A stretch of 13,960 bases of DNA from Trichoplax adhaerens. Its lineage: Eukaryota > Animalia > Placozoa. A program made the translations under genes and the position numbers. The notes beneath the pieces are model-generated. The model saw only the letters and a list, made by a program, of their open reading frames with translations. It made no database searches and was not told where the DNA came from. The stretch spans positions 1-13,960 of the forward strand of contig NW_002061059.1 in assembly GCF_000150275.1 (NCBI RefSeq), in the 5' to 3' direction. Positions 10,492 through 13,960 of this stretch are shown piece by piece (position 1 is the stretch's first letter; each line of letters starts with the position of its first letter).

Positions 10492-11470
10492 ATGGCGAGC
10501 ATGCAGTAAGCAGCGTGCCTGTGTGATACTTTCTCAGTCCAACTCAGGTTACTCGGTTGATATTTTGCTTATAATATTGTCCGCTGTAGACTCGATTCCT
10601 ACTTCTATAGGGTGACAAGATATTTTGCATAGTAGCTTGCAGCACCGACTCTCTACTTAGTCTTCCTCTTTTTCTACTGCCTCTACACGCGAAATGGCAT
10701 TGAACCATCAAACATCTTTTTTTCTCACATTCATTTTCCATACTACGAATTTCTCTCTCATGCTTATTAATCTGTGCTTTTGACAGATATTGTTGGGTGT
10801 TAGCATTGTCATCTTGCTTAGCAGGTAAGTCTTTCAACTAGTTAAAGCAATCTTAATTGATATCATTTTAAACGCAAACCCTAACATTATTCCAATTGCG
10901 TATTTGACATTTTTAGTTGTGAACTGAATTTCTCTTATACTTGTTAATCTGTATCTTTTATAGATATTGCTGGGTGTTAGCATTCTCATCTAGTTTAATG
11001 AATAGGTAAGTCCTTCAACAAGTGACAATAGTCTTAATTAATCGCTATCATTTTAAACGTCGAATGGGTTAGTAACCCTGACATTATTCCAATAATCGTC
11101 CCTCTATCATAATATGTACAGTAAGTTACATAATTTGCTAGATGAACCACATCGTTGAATAAACAGTCAACAAATACACCTACTTTATACTTTTTCTATC
11201 GACTGGGCATCAGTAAAGCTAGAGCATTGGACTGACTGGGCCGGTACTAATATCTAATATCTATTTAAGCCAACACTTATATCATGTTCAAAATGAGGCA
11301 GCCTAATTTGTACAAAGCAGATCGTCATCGATAGCTACTAGACAGTATACCTTCAGTTTGAAAACTTCAAATTACTTGCAATAGATAGTTTCTTTCTTAT
11401 ACTTCATTAATAATCTCTGCTTTTTATAGATATTGCTTGGTATTATTAGCATTCTCATCTTGCTTAGCAG
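10492..11470 (+). CDS. Putative 5' end of a small secreted-protein gene: ATG exon (coding 10492-10505) plus alternative signal-peptide microexons 10787-10824, 10964-11005, 11430-11470
   Basis: ATGGCGAGCATGCA|GTAAGC (phase 2) spliced to copy A gives MASMQYCWVLALSSCLA-G, and to copy C gives MASMQYCLVLLAFSSCLA-G. All three microexons have YAG acceptors with pyrimidine tracts and AG|GTAAGT donors. Downstream exons are not established. Confidence 0.4.
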
Positions 11471-11688
11471 GTAAGTCTTTCAACCAGTTAAAACAATCTT
11501 AAATCGATATCATTTTAAACGCCGAATGGGTTGGCAACCCTAACATTGTTGCAATAATCGTCCCTCTATCGCAATACGCAAGTTACAGGATTTGCTGGAT
11601 GAACGGTCAACAAATACACCTACTTTACACTTTTTCTATCTACTAGGCATCAGTAAAACCAGAACATTGGATAGATTGGGCCTGTAAA
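10751..11688. repeat. Tandem repeat family 2: three copies (~10751-10896, ~10930-11250, ~11391-11688), each containing an AG-microexon-GTAAGT unit
   Basis: AGATATTG..GG..TTAGCATT.TCATCT...AGGTAAGTC.TTCAAC...TATCATTTTAAACG is shared by all copies. Copies 2 and 3 also share CAATAATCGTCCCTCTATC, GTCAACAAATACACCTACTTTA and GGCATCAGTAAA. Confidence 0.92.
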
Positions 11689-13143
11689 CATATATATTCT
11701 AGCCGAAGAGATAGTTAAAGTAAGCAATATATAGCTCTTCAAAGGTTAGCAAGCTATAGAGTAGCAACACGCTTGGATAGTAGAACATTTTCCTTCCTAT
11801 GCAAATAGTCAGTATGCAAAAAAACAAAGTACTGAGATTATGCAATCTTCATACAATGATGGCCAAGCTGTTGTACAGTATATGGCTGTAGTATAAATGA
11901 AATGATGTCCATCATATTACTTACAAGCTACTGTAAAAAGAAACTTTTGTAATAAAGTGAAAATAGGATGATAGAATTTTAGTTTCATCCAATGCCACCC
12001 GATGAACTAGTAGACTTTGGCGTAAACCTTTCTACAATACTTAATTACAAGATATAGAGAAAAATAAGAGTGTAATAAGTTACTATAACAGGATTGAAAT
12101 TGATTGACTATACAAGCATTTCGATGTTTGAAAAATGTGTTGATCATTTTGCGTTGGTGTTAGTATACATATACCTACAGTAATCCTTTAATTGAGGCAG
12201 AACAACTAACCTACTGTAGGCTATAGTATCACCAAAATTTCTATTTAAAAGGACTAAAATACTGTGCTGATCAAATCATCTCTACATATTGGTAATTTTG
12301 CTGCAATTTCAAACGTGAAAGACAATGTATTCCACTAATAACAACGAAGCGAAGAGAGTGTTGTAATGCCACTTTAACGCATTGGATATTTTAGAATTCT
12401 ATCAAAGATTTCGACTTCAGGAATAACATTTCGTCATTTGCTTGTTATTATATGTCTGACTTAAATAGCATAACAGGCAAGAAAATGGAGAGATCAATGC
12501 ATATTACTATATTTATGTTAGTGGTCAATATTAACAATCTAATGCTGCCAACTTGAATACCATACCAAGTTACTCGTTATACTACTCGCAAATATCCTAA
12601 CTCTAACTTATATTCAACAGCAAATTATCCCCAACATTCGTTAATGGGGTATTCGATGTATCATCTTTCAATGCAAAAAGTAAGTTACCAATGGTCGTCA
12701 GTATTAACTATATTATATAGTATTAACAAATGAACTTTCTAAGAATAAATTTGAACCTCACCTGTACTTAAAAATTGCAATTTTATACATAGCTAGTCTA
12801 GCTGATATCAGTGGTAATTATAATTTAAAAATAAACTGTAGTTTACAGAGGCGTTACATAATATTCAATCTATCCGTACATGGTATGAACGCAATGATAC
12901 ATTGATAGAGAACAAATAGGGAATGTAAAATGGATGCCTTTAAATGTAGTAACTGTGACCAAAATTGGCATATTAATACTGTAATGCATGAAATAATTTC
13001 ATAAATTGAAGTCAGCGTTAAAGTTTTACATAATCATATTTGACTGTATAGAATAAAGCCAATATTTTACTTAACGGAGAGCCATAGCTATTTATCTCAA
13101 TCAATTTAGGAGTAAATAATTACAAGCATAAGCTACATTTACA

Positions 13144-13960
13144 TTATGAAATTTTCTCTTTAGGAGCTTTGGCGCAGCAGAGGGCTTTTACACCTCTCCA
13201 AATCAACTGCAAAATTTTAACCGTAATCGCAAGTAACACTAATAAAACTACATAAACGTCTATTAAATGCAGTTCGTACCATCGCAGATTATACTCCTCA
13301 GTTCGCAAATATTCGCCACCATCACAATTTAATGCATATTCCATCCAATCAGCAGCTTCTTCCACAGGCGTTCTACCATTCGGTCTATTTTGAATTAGTT
13401 TGGAAACTTGCATAGAGCTATTTATAATGTCTTGTCGGGTAGTAACATTCATAATTGCATAATACAGATCGCTTTGTGTCATTTCTTTAACATTGAGTGT
13501 TACACCTACGTGTTTAGATGATATTTTTGTTGCGTGAATTACTTGATCACCAGCAACTGGAATCCCAACCATAGGTACACCATGATATGCACCTTCAAGA
13601 AGGCTATTCATACCACAATGTGTTATAAATGCCTTGGTGTTTGGATGGCCAAGAATATCGTTTTGAGGTACCCATTTCACAATTTTAATATTGGGAGCGA
13701 TGTTATCAGGAATTTCCTCTGTATTTTTCCAAATGAAATTATATGGTAACTGACCAAAGGTATCAAATAACATAGTGATATTGGTCACATACTTTAAGGC
13801 AGTTACGACTGAGCCAAACGAGACTAGCACGGTTCCTTTAGGATTGCTCGCCATGAACTGCTGTAAATCATCAGGCAATGGTTTTGCGGGCTTAGGAAGT
13901 ATAGGTCCAACTACTTTAGAGGTCGGGGTAATCGGGCGAGAATAATCAATAGCAAAGTCG
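13144..13960 (-). CDS. UGT: UDP-glucuronosyl/UDP-glycosyltransferase (GT1, UGT family), C-terminal half; 5' part lies beyond the window
   Basis: The frame is open to the window edge: DFAIDYSRPITPTSKVVGPILPKPAKPLPDDL...VLVSFGS...WVPQNDILGHPNTKAFITHCGMNSLLEGAYHGVPMVGIPVAGDQ (UGT signature)...AADWMEY...YLR...L.WYELHLIDV. This is followed by a transmembrane helix and a C-terminal KEKIS (KxKxx ER-retrieval) motif. The ORF-track start at 13878 is an internal TTG. Confidence 0.96.
   Translation of the reverse strand, partial: DFAIDYSRPITPTSKVVGPILPKPAKPLPDDLQQFMASNPKGTVLVSFGSVVTALKYVTNITMLFDTFGQLPYNFIWKNTEEIPDNIAPNIKIVKWVPQNDILGHPNTKAFITHCGMNSLLEGAYHGVPMVGIPVAGDQVIHATKISSKHVGVTLNVKEMTQSDLYYAIMNVTTRQDIINSSMQVSKLIQNRPNGRTPVEEAADWMEYALNCDGGEYLRTEEYNLRWYELHLIDVYVVLLVLLAITVKILQLIWRGVKALCCAKAPKEKIS

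Noticed and set aside
9747-10837. ORFs 9747-9938(-), 10020-10220(+) and 10544-10837(-) as proteins
   Set aside because: They overlap repeat units whose sister copies have frame-breaking indels or stops, and show no domain similarity.
9316-11688. Repeat families as CRISPR arrays or transposon termini
   Set aside because: Units are long, diverged direct duplications without unique spacers, terminal inverted repeats or transposase sequence, and the context is eukaryotic.
13534-13749. Plus-strand 71-aa ORF
   Set aside because: Antisense shadow of the UGT coding sequence.

Overview
AT-rich, intron-containing animal genomic DNA. The short GT-AG introns and gene content suggest a compact non-bilaterian genome such as a placozoan (inference, not verified). 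Bases 105-9252 (+) hold a roughly 20-exon Apaf-1/CED-4-like STAND ATPase gene that I spliced by hand: CARD, NB-ARC (Walker A hidden in a 159-N gap), helical/winged-helix region with an LHD motif, and a ~675-aa highly divergent putative beta-propeller sensor, about 1295 codons in total. It carries one in-frame TGA at 4671-4673, a likely Trp position, while all 13 downstream exons stay open and in phase. Downstream are two local tandem repeat families. The second triplicates a splice-competent microexon that, joined to an upstream ATG exon, encodes a signal peptide of a possible unannotated secreted peptide gene. The window ends in the intronless 3' half of a UDP-glycosyltransferase on the minus strand.
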